DNA from: Candidatus Eiseniibacteriota bacterium
GTDB lineage: Bacteria; Eisenbacteria; RBG-16-71-46; SZUA-252
Assembly (NCBI GenBank): GCA_036274595.1
Contig: DASUFL010000147.1
Coordinates: 26,532-90,531 of the forward strand
Length of the DNA stretch: 64,000 nt
Direction: 5' to 3'
The translations under genes were made by a program, and so were the position numbers. Every line of letters begins with the position of its first letter. Positions within the stretch are counted from its first letter, which is position 1. The notes beneath the pieces are model-generated. The model had not been told where the DNA came from. It searched no databases and saw only the letters and a list, made by a program, of their open reading frames with translations. Below, piece by piece: positions 13,359-23,134 of this stretch.

Positions 13359-13383
13359 CGGCCGCGAGCGACCCGAACCCAGC

Positions 13384-14541
13384 GTGCGCATCTTCCTCGT
13401 CCTCCACCGGAGCCCGAACCCGGCGTTCACGTCGGACCTCTGGAAGGACAACCTCCACGATCCGCTCGTCGCGATGGGGCACGATGTCGTCCTCTGGGGA
13501 GAGGGGATCGCGCCGCTCTTCGATCTCGATCCCGACGATCCGGGAACGGCCGAGCCCCGCGCGCGCTTCACCGAGCGCTTTCTCGAGGCGGTCGAGGAGG
13601 CCCATCGGGCTTCGCCGCTCGACCTCGTCATCACGTACGTCTCGGACAGCCATCTCGAGCCCGCCGCGATCGATCGCGTTCGCGACCGCACCGCGCCGGT
13701 CCTCAATTTCTTCTGCAACAACGTGCACCAGTTCCATCTCGTGCGGCGGAACGCGCGCCACTACTCCTTCTGCCTCGTACCGGAGGCGGAAGCAGTCCTT
13801 CGCTACAAGCAGGCGGGGGCGGAGCCCCTCTTCTTTCCCATGGCGGCGAACCCGGACCGCTACCGTCCGGTGGATACCCCCTACCGGTACGACGTCACGT
13901 TCTCCGGACAGCGCTATGGCGATCGGACCTCGTCGATGCTCGCGCTCCGCGACGGAGGCGTGGACGCACACGCGTTCGGCCAGTACTGGGATCCGGCGCC
14001 CGTTCCCAAGGAGTCATCCGCCGGCTCCGGGCAACCTGGGATCCTGGCGCGCGCCGTGGAGCTCGCGTTCGGCGGCCGGAACGTGCTCCAGGCGATGCGC
14101 GACCGGATGGACTGGGACCGGCTCCGGACGCGCCACCAAGCGGCGCTCCATGGTCCCGTGAGCGACGAGCAGTACGTGGCGCTCTTCAGCGAGAGCCGGA
14201 TCAGCCTCGGCTTCCTCATTCTCGGAGACACGCATCGAACGTCCCGGCCGCTCCGGCAGATCCGCCTCCGCGAGTTCGAGGCGCCGATGGCGGGGGCGTT
14301 CTACGTCACGGGATGGCTGGACGAGATCGCGCTCCACTACGAGATCGGGACGGAGATCGTCTGCTACCGGTCGAGGGACGAGCTCGTGGACCTGAGCCGC
14401 TACTACCTCGCGAACGACGGGGAGCGCGAGCGGATCCGCCGCGCGGGGCACGAGCGGGCGCGGCGCGACCACACGTGGCGCCGCCGGTTCGAGGATCTGT
14501 TCGCGGAGCTTCGGCGTCGCAAGGTGATCGCGAGCGCCTGA
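13384..14541 (+). CDS. CgeB-family (spore-maturation-protein-like) glycosyltransferase-domain protein
   Basis: 385 aa. The C-terminal part (FDLSRYYLANDGERERIRRAGHERARRDHTWRRRFEDL) resembles the Glyco_trans_1_2/CgeB C-terminal domain. Assigned by domain resemblance only. Confidence 0.45.
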   Translation: MRIFLVLHRSPNPAFTSDLWKDNLHDPLVAMGHDVVLWGEGIAPLFDLDPDDPGTAEPRARFTERFLEAVEEAHRASPLDLVITYVSDSHLEPAAIDRVRDRTAPVLNFFCNNVHQFHLVRRNARHYSFCLVPEAEAVLRYKQAGAEPLFFPMAANPDRYRPVDTPYRYDVTFSGQRYGDRTSSMLALRDGGVDAHAFGQYWDPAPVPKESSAGSGQPGILARAVELAFGGRNVLQAMRDRMDWDRLRTRHQAALHGPVSDEQYVALFSESRISLGFLILGDTHRTSRPLRQIRLREFEAPMAGAFYVTGWLDEIALHYEIGTEIVCYRSRDELVDLSRYYLANDGERERIRRAGHERARRDHTWRRRFEDLFAELRRRKVIASA

Positions 14542-14548
14542 GCCCGGC

Positions 14549-15979
14549 TCAGGCCCGCGTGATCAGCGCCGCGAGCCCCGTGAGGAGCGCGGCCGCGGCG
14601 CCGGCAGCGGCCAGGTCGCCGGCGCGCGGCCCAACTCCCGCGCGCCGCATCTTCAAGATTGCGACCAGGAGGAGCACCCCGCCTCCTGCCGCGTAGGCGA
14701 AGGGGAGCGACATCGCTCCCGCTCCCGCGCGGACGAACAGGGCGTAGGCGACGGCGAGCGCGATCGGGCCTACCGCTCCGATCCCCACCCAGAGCCGCCG
14801 CCCTCCGACGGGCAGGGATCCCACCGACCACGTGAGCGCGGCGATGCGTCCGAACTCTCCGAGGAGCGCCCAGGCCATGAGCGGGCGCGCCGCATCGAAG
14901 CGCGTCGAGTAGAGGAGATGGAGGAGCGGCGAGGCCGCCACCATCGTGAACGCGATCGCCGCCGCCGCGAGAAGGAGAAGGGGCTTCCACTGGCGCCTCG
15001 TATACGTCCGCGCGGCGTCCACGCCTCCGGCCGCGGACGCCGCGCTGATCTTCCCGAACGCGTAGCTCGCCAGGTAGGCGTAGAAGACGGCGCCGACGAT
15101 CTGTGACAGAGCGAGAGCCGCCTGCAATAGCCCGTTCGCGTCCACACCGTGAGCCCGAACGTAGTGCGCGCGGAGCGCGAGCATCGTGCCGAGGTCGAGG
15201 AGCGCCATGAAGAGCGCCGCCGTGCCGATGCCGAGGAGCCGCTTCGCGACCTCAGGGCGGACGATCGGACGGGTGGGAGGGCCCGGCACGTCGCGGTACG
15301 CCCGGCCTCGCACGAGGAGCACGCCCAGAGCCCCCGCGGGCCAGAACAGGGCCACCCCGATCGTGGCCCCCACGAGTCCCGCGCGGGGCACGAGGAGGAA
15401 GGTCGCCGTGAGCGAGGCGGCGCCGCCGAACGCCGCGTAGATCACGGGGGCCAGGACGTCCGAGCGTCCCGCGAAGAGACCCAGCAGGAGATTCGAGATC
15501 GCATAGCCGACCAGACCGAGCACCGACCAGCGAACGAGATCCGCGTGCGAGGGCACATCCAGGAGCGCTTGCGACAGTGCGGGGGCCAGGAGGAGGGCCG
15601 CGGTCGCGATGACGAGGACCGCGGCAAGGACGAGGCCGAACGCGGTCCAGAAGCCGCGCCGCGCCCCCTCGGCGTCGCCCCGTCCCAAGGATTCCGACAC
15701 CGCCTGCGCGACGGGCAGGCTCATGCCGAGCCCGGCGGCGATCCCGAGCCACGTCTGACCCTGCACGATCTGCGCGAGCACGCCGATGCCGGACACGTCG
15801 AGATGGGTCGCGACCCACTTGTTGCGGCCCACGCTCGCGAGCGCGACCACGGCGGGGTAGGCGGCGGTCGCGGCGAGCCTCGCGCCGCGCTCGACCCAGA
15901 GCCGCGCGCCGGGCGGCATGGCGGAGAGCGGCGCCTCGAACGGAGACGGCGCGGGGTTGGGCTCCGGCTGGGACGGCAT
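14549..15979 (-). CDS. Wzx-type oligosaccharide flippase (MOP superfamily polysaccharide biosynthesis protein)
   Basis: About 12 predicted TM helices, glycine/alanine-rich, typical Wzx length. The start is uncertain: the ORF extends to 16015, and M at 15979 or 15919 are alternatives. It is divergent from the GT2 at 16042. Confidence 0.6.
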   Translation of the reverse strand: MPSQPEPNPAPSPFEAPLSAMPPGARLWVERGARLAATAAYPAVVALASVGRNKWVATHLDVSGIGVLAQIVQGQTWLGIAAGLGMSLPVAQAVSESLGRGDAEGARRGFWTAFGLVLAAVLVIATAALLLAPALSQALLDVPSHADLVRWSVLGLVGYAISNLLLGLFAGRSDVLAPVIYAAFGGAASLTATFLLVPRAGLVGATIGVALFWPAGALGVLLVRGRAYRDVPGPPTRPIVRPEVAKRLLGIGTAALFMALLDLGTMLALRAHYVRAHGVDANGLLQAALALSQIVGAVFYAYLASYAFGKISAASAAGGVDAARTYTRRQWKPLLLLAAAAIAFTMVAASPLLHLLYSTRFDAARPLMAWALLGEFGRIAALTWSVGSLPVGGRRLWVGIGAVGPIALAVAYALFVRAGAGAMSLPFAYAAGGGVLLLVAILKMRRAGVGPRAGDLAAAGAAAALLTGLAALITRA

Positions 15980-16041
15980 GCGCGGCAGTGTCGAGGACCC
16001 TCCGCGGAGTGTCAATCGCGCCCCGTGCTAGACTCCGCCGG

Positions 16042-17025
16042 GTGAATGCCAGCGCACCCGCAGGCGCGCCGCTCGTGAGCGTGCTCCTCGCGAGCCGGAA
16101 TGGCGCCCGCTACCTCCCCGACGCGCTCCGCGGTCTCCTGGATCAAACCTACCGACCTGTCGAGATCGTGGCCGTGGACGATGGGTCCGAGGATGAGACC
16201 GCATCGCTGCTGGACGCCTTCGCCGCGATTCATCCCCGAGTGGTGCGTCTCCGCTCCGGAGGCGTCGGCCCCGGCGCCGCGCGCGACCTGGCCTTTCGAG
16301 CGTCCTCGGGCCCGCTGATCGCGATTCACGACGACGACGACGTGTCGCGCCCGGACCGGTTCGAGCGCCAGGTCGCTGCCTTCCTGGAGCGGCCGCAGCT
16401 CGGAGTGCTCGGGACGGCGGCGGACGTCATCGACGAGCGCGGAAGGCGCCAGGGTGCGTATCCTGTGCCGCTCGATCCGAGCGCGATCCGGCGCACGCTC
16501 AAGCGGGCGCCCCCCTTCGTGAACGGCTCGGTCGTGATGCGGCGGTCCGCGTACGAGGCCGCGGGCGGCTTCAGACCCGAGTTTCGCTCCTCGGAGGATT
16601 TCGACCTCTGGCTTCGCGTTCCGGTCGAGTTCGAGATGGGAAACCTGCGTCAGCCGCTCTATGCGTGGAGGGACCGCGCTGAGAACCTCACGTCGCGCGG
16701 ACGGGGCGCGATGACGTTCTACGCCGCGGTGGCCCGCGCCTTCGCCGACGAACGGCGCGAGACAGGCGGCGATTCGGTCGAGCTACTGCGCGCGTGGGGT
16801 TCGGAGGAAGAGTTCCTCGAGCACTACCCGCGCTCCGGGCGCGTGGCCTTCTACTTCGGCGAGATGCTCGCGAGGCAGGGGCACGCACGCGAGGCGCGAC
16901 GGCTCCTCGGCCGCGCCCTTCGGGATCCCTCCTCGCGCCGGGCCGCGCTTCCGTGGTGGGGGCTCACGTGGCTCCTGCCCCTCACGCCGCGAGCACGCGA
17001 AGCTTCGCGCGGCAGAACGGCGTGA
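16042..17025 (+). CDS. Glycosyltransferase family 2
   Basis: GTG at 16042. PLVSVLLASRNGARYL...VEIVAVDDGSED...AIHDDDDVSRPDR is the classic GT2 DxD/ED layout. Confidence 0.7.
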   Translation: MNASAPAGAPLVSVLLASRNGARYLPDALRGLLDQTYRPVEIVAVDDGSEDETASLLDAFAAIHPRVVRLRSGGVGPGAARDLAFRASSGPLIAIHDDDDVSRPDRFERQVAAFLERPQLGVLGTAADVIDERGRRQGAYPVPLDPSAIRRTLKRAPPFVNGSVVMRRSAYEAAGGFRPEFRSSEDFDLWLRVPVEFEMGNLRQPLYAWRDRAENLTSRGRGAMTFYAAVARAFADERRETGGDSVELLRAWGSEEEFLEHYPRSGRVAFYFGEMLARQGHAREARRLLGRALRDPSSRRAALPWWGLTWLLPLTPRAREASRGRTA

Positions 17026-18029
17026 AGGTCCTTCTCGCCGCGGATGTCGACCTCTCGAAGCCGGGGGGCCTCGAAACCCACGTGCTCGAGCTCTCGGAGC
17101 GGCTCCGCGCGCGCGGCCACGACGTCGACCTCTGGGCGCGAGGGATTCCGAATGCCGTGCGCGCGCTCGACCCCTCGCGCTACGACATCCTCCATCGTCA
17201 CACGATGGCGTGGCCGCGGAGCGTGGATCCCGGTCCGCGCGTGGTCACGACGCTTCACTTCTGCGTCGCGGGCAAGATGGACGCGTACGTGCGTCTGGGA
17301 CGATGGAAGACGCTCGCGCGGCCGGGCAACTGGACCGCGCGTGCGGACGAAGGGCGCGCGGCGCGCGCTCCCGGGGCGCTGATCGCGGTCTCGAAGCGGG
17401 TTAGGGACGAATTCGCGCGCTTCCACGGCATCGACCCCGAGCGCGCGGCCGTGATCCCGAATGGGGCCTCCTTCGCGCCACCGCGCGAGGGGCGGGAGGC
17501 GTGGCGCCGGAAGCACGCCATCGACCCCGGCACGCCCGTTCTTCTCACGATCGGGAGACACGACTTCGTGAAGGGGTATGACCTTCTGGAGCGCGCATGG
17601 AGCGTGGTCCGATCGCGCCACGCCGACGCCCTCTGGGTCGTCGTGGGGGGAAGCGGCCCCGAGCGATCGGAGGGCCGGCTCGTGACGGGATCGGTGCCGC
17701 GCGACCACGTGACCGAGTGGATCCACGCATCCGACCTGGGCGCGCTTCCGTCGTATTACGAAGGCTGCAGCGTCGCGCTCCTCGAGATGCTGGCCGGAGG
17801 GCTCATGACGCTGGCGCACGACGTCGGCGGCGTTGCCGACGCCATCCGCCCCGGCGAGAACGGCGAGCTCGTGCCGCGCGACGTGAATGCGTGGGTCCAC
17901 GCGCTCGACCGTGCGCTTCGCCAGTCGCCGCCGCGTCGCTCCACGGGTCTAGACCCGGCCTATCGATGGGACGCGATCGTGGACTCGATCGAAGAGGTCT
18001 ATCGGAGGGTGCGTGCCCGATATCCGTGA
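17022..18029 (+). CDS. Glycosyltransferase family 4
   Basis: The GTG overlaps the upstream stop (GTGA). C-terminal EGCSVALLEMLAGGLMTLAHDVGGVADAI is the GT4 E-x7-E region. The upstream 228 nt of the ORF in the track overlaps the GT2 and is rejected. Confidence 0.65.
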   Translation: MKVLLAADVDLSKPGGLETHVLELSERLRARGHDVDLWARGIPNAVRALDPSRYDILHRHTMAWPRSVDPGPRVVTTLHFCVAGKMDAYVRLGRWKTLARPGNWTARADEGRAARAPGALIAVSKRVRDEFARFHGIDPERAAVIPNGASFAPPREGREAWRRKHAIDPGTPVLLTIGRHDFVKGYDLLERAWSVVRSRHADALWVVVGGSGPERSEGRLVTGSVPRDHVTEWIHASDLGALPSYYEGCSVALLEMLAGGLMTLAHDVGGVADAIRPGENGELVPRDVNAWVHALDRALRQSPPRRSTGLDPAYRWDAIVDSIEEVYRRVRARYP

Positions 18030-18042
18030 TACACTGCCGCCC

Positions 18043-19263
18043 ATGCGAGTCGTCTTTCTCACCTCGCGACTGCCGTTCCCCCCCGAAGGGGGCGATCGCT
18101 TCCGCGTCTATCACCAGATCCGCACGGCATCCGAAGCCGGTCACGACGTCCACCTCGTGACGTTCGCGCGCGAGCGCCCCGATCCCTTGTCGATCGCGCC
18201 GCTCGAGCGCCTCCTCGCCTCGATCACCGTGGTGCCGCTCCCTCCTCTGCTCTCGGCGTTCCGCGCCGCGAAGGCGATCGCGGGGCGCGCGCCGTTCCAG
18301 GCAGCCTATTACCGCTCGCGCCGCATGGAGGAGCAGGTTCGCCGCACGCTCCGCCATGTGAAGCCGGACGTAGTCGTGACGCATCTCTTCCGGATGGCTC
18401 CCTACGCGCTGGCGAATCAGGACACGTGCCAGGCGCGCTGGATCCTCGATCTCACGGACGTGATCTCGGTCGGCATCGCCCGCTCGCTTCCGTTCCGGAA
18501 GGGGCCCGATCGCTGGCTCTACGGCGAAGAGCGCCGCCGCATCCGGCGGTACGAATCCGAGATCTCGCCCCGCTTCGACGAGTGCTGGGTGATCAGCGAC
18601 GCCGAGCAAGACGAGCTCACGCGGATCGCCCCCGGCGCCGACGTTCGCGTCGTGCCGAACGGTCTCGTGCCCGGATCCTGCCTCGACGGAAACGCGCCCG
18701 ATCCGGCGCGGCTCCTGTTCCTCGGCTTCCACCAGGTATTCCACAATCGCGACGCCGTGCGCTTCCTCGTCCAGGAGATCCTGCCGCGCGTCCGGGCGAG
18801 CGTGCCGGACGCGACGCTCGACGTGGTGGGAGCGGGTGCGGAAGCGCTCGGATCGTGGGCGCGAGGACCCGGGGTGCACGTGCTGGGGCACGTTCCGCGG
18901 CTCGAGCCCTACTTCGCGCGGGCCACCGTCTTCGTCGCGCCTCACCGCTTCGCGGCGGGCGTGCAGAACAAGGTCGTGCACGCGCTCGCGAACGGCGTTC
19001 CGGTCGTTTCGACCTCGGTCGTCCGGCGGGGCCTCGAGCCCATTCCGAGAGGCTTGATCCTGACCGGGGAGACCTCCGACGAGATCGCGGCGCGCGTCGT
19101 CGACGTCATCCGCCATCCGGCTCGCGCCGCCTGGATGGCCGAGCGGGGGCGAGAGTGGGCGCTCGGCAGGTTCACCTGGCGCGCGACGCTCGAAGCGCTC
19201 GAGGCCCACGACACCGATTCCGCGGCCCACGCTCCGGAACCGCTCGTCTCCTCGGCCGTGTGA
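18043..19263 (+). CDS. Glycosyltransferase family 4, PEP-CTERM/EpsH-associated sugar transferase-like
   Basis: N-terminus MRVVFLTSRLPFPPEGGDRFRVYHQIR matches the R-x-P-x-P-P-x-x-G-D-(K/R) motif. The C-terminal GT4 region is VFVAPHRFAAGVQNKVVHALANGVPVVST. Confidence 0.7.
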   Translation: MRVVFLTSRLPFPPEGGDRFRVYHQIRTASEAGHDVHLVTFARERPDPLSIAPLERLLASITVVPLPPLLSAFRAAKAIAGRAPFQAAYYRSRRMEEQVRRTLRHVKPDVVVTHLFRMAPYALANQDTCQARWILDLTDVISVGIARSLPFRKGPDRWLYGEERRRIRRYESEISPRFDECWVISDAEQDELTRIAPGADVRVVPNGLVPGSCLDGNAPDPARLLFLGFHQVFHNRDAVRFLVQEILPRVRASVPDATLDVVGAGAEALGSWARGPGVHVLGHVPRLEPYFARATVFVAPHRFAAGVQNKVVHALANGVPVVSTSVVRRGLEPIPRGLILTGETSDEIAARVVDVIRHPARAAWMAERGREWALGRFTWRATLEALEAHDTDSAAHAPEPLVSSAV

Positions 19264-20285
19264 TCGGCCCTCCACCGAACCTCGTCTTCGCCCCGCTCGC
19301 GTTCGCCTCCGCTCTGGCGCTGACGCCGCTCCTCGGCCGCATCGCCGAGGGGACCGGCTACCTCGATCACCCCGATCTCAGAAAGCATCACGCGCACCCG
19401 ACGCCGCTCCTGGGCGGCGTCGCGATCGGGCTCTCGATCGTCTCGGCGCTCCTTCTCGCGAAATACGTGTTCCAGACGACCGTGAGCGCGCCGGCGCCGG
19501 GGATCATGCTCGGCGCGGCGATCTCGCTCGTTCTCGGATTGATCGACGACTGGCGTCCGATGGGGCCGCTCGGAAAGCTCGTGGGCCAGATGGCCGCGGC
19601 GGCGAGCCTCGTCCTCTGGGGACCCCGCGTCGAGTGGCTGCACGACAATCCGATCGTGCTCGCGACCGCCATCGTTGCGGCGGTCGCGCTCTTGAACGCG
19701 GTGAACTTCCTCGACGCGATGGATGGAATCGTCGGCACCGTGCTCCCCATCATCGGAGCCGGGTTCGTCGCGCTGGCGGTGCTCTATCACGCGCCGCTGG
19801 CGACCGCGCTCGGATGGTCGATCGTCGGCGCGTGCGCGGGATTCCTCGTCTACAACGCGCCCCCCGCGCGCATCTTCTTGGGCGACGCCGGAAGCCATCT
19901 CCTCGGCTTCGGTCTCGCGACGCTCGCGCTCCAGGCGCTCAGGGACGAGCCGACGTTGCCGCACGTCGCGTCCGTCGCGATCCTCGTCGCGTATCCGCTC
20001 TTCGACGTCATGTTCGTCATGTGGGACAGAAGCGCGCGTCGGAAACCGATCTATGTCGGAGGTGTGGACCACACGACACACCGCTTGAGCCGACGGTGGG
20101 GCGCTTGGCCGACACTTGGCCTCCTGGCGCTGCTCAACGTAATCCACGTAGCGCTGGCGTTATGGGTCTGGGGCCTCTCCGGACCGCAAGCCGTGATTCC
20201 GCTTGTCCTCATTTTTGGGCTTGGATACGCCATTTTCGGCGTCTACCTGAGACGTTTGAGTCCCACCCCCAAGTTCGACATTTGA
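19260..20285 (+). CDS. Polyprenyl-phosphate N-acetylhexosamine-1-phosphate transferase (WecA/MraY-type, GT4 family membrane protein)
   Basis: The GTG at 19260 overlaps the upstream TGA. NAVNFLDAMDG, LGDAGSH and about 10 TM helices are signatures of the MraY/WecA superfamily. The upstream 834 nt of the ORF in the track is rejected. Confidence 0.7.
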   Translation: MIGPPPNLVFAPLAFASALALTPLLGRIAEGTGYLDHPDLRKHHAHPTPLLGGVAIGLSIVSALLLAKYVFQTTVSAPAPGIMLGAAISLVLGLIDDWRPMGPLGKLVGQMAAAASLVLWGPRVEWLHDNPIVLATAIVAAVALLNAVNFLDAMDGIVGTVLPIIGAGFVALAVLYHAPLATALGWSIVGACAGFLVYNAPPARIFLGDAGSHLLGFGLATLALQALRDEPTLPHVASVAILVAYPLFDVMFVMWDRSARRKPIYVGGVDHTTHRLSRRWGAWPTLGLLALLNVIHVALALWVWGLSGPQAVIPLVLIFGLGYAIFGVYLRRLSPTPKFDI

Positions 20286-20310
20286 CAAACGGCTTTTACA
20301 GTTGTATAGT
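20282..20310 (+). promoter_or_regulatory. Sigma-70-type promoter candidate TTGACA-N17-TATAGT in front of the GAF sigma-54 regulator
   Basis: Exact TTGACA at 20282-20287 (overlapping the WecA-like stop), a 17-nt spacer, and TATAGT at 20305-20310. The intergenic region here is low in GC. Confidence 0.45.
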
Positions 20311-20377
20311 CCGTGAAGCAAATCCACAGGGGAGCCGGTGCCACCCCACCGGTGTGGTTTCGCGAGGGCCAAACGCC

Positions 20378-22060
20378 ATGTCACAGCGCCCTGATCCGAT
20401 GCACGAGAACGATCCAGGCACGCCTGAATTGCCCGAAATGGACCCGCTCGAACGTCTGAGCCGGGGGCTCACACAATGGGAACGTGAGCTTCTCGCGCAG
20501 CCCCGTTCGCCGGCGCGTCCGCGCGCGTCCACCGATCTCGAGCGCGTCAACAACGTGCTCCAGGCGAGCCGCCAGGTCACCGGCACGCTCGACTGGAACG
20601 AGCTCCTGATTCGCGTCGTCGACGCCGTCGTGCAGATCGCCGGCGCCGATCGCGGCTTCCTCATGCGCATGCGCGAGGATGGAAAGCTCCACTTCGAGAT
20701 CGCGCGGAGCCGCGACGAGGCCACACTGCCGCCCGACGAGTTCCAGATCTCCTGGGGCATCGCCGAGGAAGCGGCGCACCGCCGCGAGACCGTCTGGGTT
20801 CCCGACGCCGTCGGCTCCTCCCTCTTCCAGGATCGAAAGAGCGTCCGCGAGCTATCGCTTCGCACCGTCGTCGCTCTTCCCATCCTGACCGCGGGCCGCG
20901 TGCTCGGCGTCCTCTACGTCGACTCGCATTCGATCGCGCACGAGTTCACTCCCGAAGACATCGCGATTCTCGAAGGCTTCGCGGCGCAGGTCGCGGTGGC
21001 GCTCGAGAACGCGCGGCTGCACGAAGAGCTCAAGGATTCGAAGAACCGCCTCGAGATGGAGAACCTGAATCTCCGCCGCGCGCTCAAGGAGGAGTCGCGG
21101 TACGGCCTCCTCGTGGGCCGGAGCCCGAAGATGCTTCGCGTCATCGAGCTCATGGAGAAGGTCATCCCGACGCACGTGTCGGTCCTGATCCAGGGCGAGA
21201 CGGGAACCGGGAAGGAGCTGGTCGCCCGCGCGATCCATCTGAATGGCCCGCGCCGCGAGAAGAACTTCATGGCGGTGAACTGCGGCGCGCTGCCGGAATC
21301 GCTCCTCGAGAGCGAGCTCTTCGGCTACCGGAAGGGAGCGTTCACCGGCGCGTCGGAGGACCGCATCGGTCTCTTCGAAGCGGCGGACGGCGGAACGTTG
21401 TTCCTGGACGAGGTGGGGGAGATGCCCGCCACGCTCCAGGTGAAGCTCCTCCGCGTGCTCCAGGACTCGCAAATCCGTCGCGTCGGGGACACCATCTCCC
21501 GCCGCGTGGACTTCCGCCTGATCGCCGCGACCAACCGCGATCTCAAGACCGAGGTCGAGGGCGGGCGATTCCGCCAGGATCTCTTCTACCGGCTCAACGT
21601 GGTGCCGATCTCGCTGCCCCCTCTGCGCGAGCGGGGCGAGGACACGCTCCTCCTCTCGCAGCACTTCCTCGAGCTCTTCTCGAAGCAGCAGGTCAAAGCG
21701 GTGCGCGGTCTGAGCGCGGAATCGCGGGAGCTCCTGCTCCGCCATCCGTGGCCGGGGAACGTCCGCGAGCTGGAGAACGCCATGGCTCGCGCGGTCGCGC
21801 TGGCCGACGAGGGAGGCGCCATCGAGCCGCTCCTCTTCGGGCTGGGCGCGCCGGTCACGCGGCGCTGGGACGGCCAGCACACGCTGCGGGAGACGCTCGA
21901 CGCCGTCGAGGCGGAGACGATCCGCGAGGCGCTGCGCCAGTGCGAATCGAACGTCTCGCGCGCGGCGCGGGCGCTCGGCGTGAGCCGCCAGCACCTTCAC
22001 AATCGGATGAACGCGCACGGCATCCGCCGCTCCCGGACCCTGAGCGAGTCCGCCGGATAG
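20378..22060 (+). CDS. Sigma-54-dependent transcriptional activator with an N-terminal GAF domain
   Basis: GAF-like region (residues ~60-230), then an AAA+ sigma-54 interaction domain ([21 protein letters not shown]), then a C-terminal Fis-type HTH ([20 protein letters not shown]). The ATG at 20378 follows the promoter candidate. Confidence 0.8.
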   Translation: MSQRPDPMHENDPGTPELPEMDPLERLSRGLTQWERELLAQPRSPARPRASTDLERVNNVLQASRQVTGTLDWNELLIRVVDAVVQIAGADRGFLMRMREDGKLHFEIARSRDEATLPPDEFQISWGIAEEAAHRRETVWVPDAVGSSLFQDRKSVRELSLRTVVALPILTAGRVLGVLYVDSHSIAHEFTPEDIAILEGFAAQVAVALENARLHEELKDSKNRLEMENLNLRRALKEESRYGLLVGRSPKMLRVIELMEKVIPTHVSVLIQGETGTGKELVARAIHLNGPRREKNFMAVNCGALPESLLESELFGYRKGAFTGASEDRIGLFEAADGGTLFLDEVGEMPATLQVKLLRVLQDSQIRRVGDTISRRVDFRLIAATNRDLKTEVEGGRFRQDLFYRLNVVPISLPPLRERGEDTLLLSQHFLELFSKQQVKAVRGLSAESRELLLRHPWPGNVRELENAMARAVALADEGGAIEPLLFGLGAPVTRRWDGQHTLRETLDAVEAETIREALRQCESNVSRAARALGVSRQHLHNRMNAHGIRRSRTLSESAG

Positions 22061-22065
22061 GATCG

Positions 22066-23100
22066 GTGCCGTCCACAATCGCTCCCCGCGCGACGTCCGG
22101 GAAGGACGCGATCGCCTCCCGGAGGCTCGCGTCGCTCCGCGCAATCTTGTGTCAGAGCGATGCGGAGATCCGCGCGCAGTTCCCCGAGTACTTCCTCACG
22201 TACTACACCTACCTCCGCATCATCCGGAATCCTGCGCGCATCGAGCACCTCTTCCAGAAGGGGTACGACATGTACCGCTATCTCGAAGCCGAGGGGAAGG
22301 ACGTGCTCGATCTGGGTGCGGGATTCGGGATCGAGGCGCTCCTCGTCGCGATCTATGGCGCTCGGCGCGTGGTGGCGACCGAGATCGACCACGACATGGT
22401 CGCGGTCGGGACCTATCTCGCGGAGAAGATCGATCCGCCCGCCACCCACTTCGAATCCAAGTACGGCGACGGGATCGGGATGGAGTTCCCGTCCGCCTCC
22501 TTCGACGGGGTCATGGCCAACTGCGTCATCTCGCACGTGCGGGATCTCGAGGGCTTTCTCGCTGAGGCGAATCGCCTGCTCCGGCCGGGCGGGATCTTCT
22601 TCCTGAGCGACGAGAACAACTCGCTCTACCTCCCCGCGCGCAGCCGGCGCCGGCGCGGCTGGCACCGCATGGAGCACGAGCCGGACGGTCCCTACTTCGC
22701 CGCGCGGCGAGCGATGATCGGGGAGCGCTTTCCCGAGCTCAGCTCGAACCAGCTCCTCGAGGCCGTGCGGCAGACGCGCGGCCTCTGGGGAGAGGGCGTC
22801 GAAGCGGGGGTTCGGGAGCTCCTGGAGACGGGCCGGGTGCAGCGCAAGCCCGAGTTCCTGTATCGGGATCCTCGCGACGGGCAGTACCCCGAGCGGGAGC
22901 TCAACCCGTTCTGGATGATGCGGAAGTTCAAGGACGCCGGGCTCGAGCCGGAGCTTCTGCCCGCCTTCTTCTCGCGTGCCATCGAGGTGCATCCGCGGCA
23001 GTGGGTGAAGGATTTCCTCCGGTTTTTCTGCGTGCGGTGGCCGGCCCTGTCGGTCTACGTCTGGCCCATCATGAGGATCCGCGGGCGAAAACTGCGTTGA
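22066..23100 (+). CDS. Class I SAM-dependent methyltransferase
   Basis: VLDLGAGFGIEAL and DGVMANCVISHV are the SAM motifs. The GTG at 22066 is 5 nt after the regulator stop. The exact start is uncertain; a TTG at 22147 is the alternative. Confidence 0.55.
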   Translation: MPSTIAPRATSGKDAIASRRLASLRAILCQSDAEIRAQFPEYFLTYYTYLRIIRNPARIEHLFQKGYDMYRYLEAEGKDVLDLGAGFGIEALLVAIYGARRVVATEIDHDMVAVGTYLAEKIDPPATHFESKYGDGIGMEFPSASFDGVMANCVISHVRDLEGFLAEANRLLRPGGIFFLSDENNSLYLPARSRRRRGWHRMEHEPDGPYFAARRAMIGERFPELSSNQLLEAVRQTRGLWGEGVEAGVRELLETGRVQRKPEFLYRDPRDGQYPERELNPFWMMRKFKDAGLEPELLPAFFSRAIEVHPRQWVKDFLRFFCVRWPALSVYVWPIMRIRGRKLR

Positions 23101-23126
23101 CAGTGCGTTGTAACGTCACCTAGGCT
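23097..23126 (+). promoter_or_regulatory. Possible promoter TTGACA-N18-TAGGCT immediately upstream of the membrane operon
   Basis: TTGACA at 23097-23102 (overlapping the methyltransferase stop) and TAGGCT at 23121-23126. This would place the transcription start 1-2 nt before the GTG at 23135, giving a near-leaderless transcript. Weak evidence. Confidence 0.2.
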
Positions 23127-23134
23127 GCGCCCTT

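Noticed and set aside
19634-20377. N-terminal 248 aa extension of the sigma-54/GAF regulator ORF
   Set aside because: It overlaps the WecA-like gene in another frame. A sigma-70-like promoter and a low-GC spacer precede the ATG at 20378.
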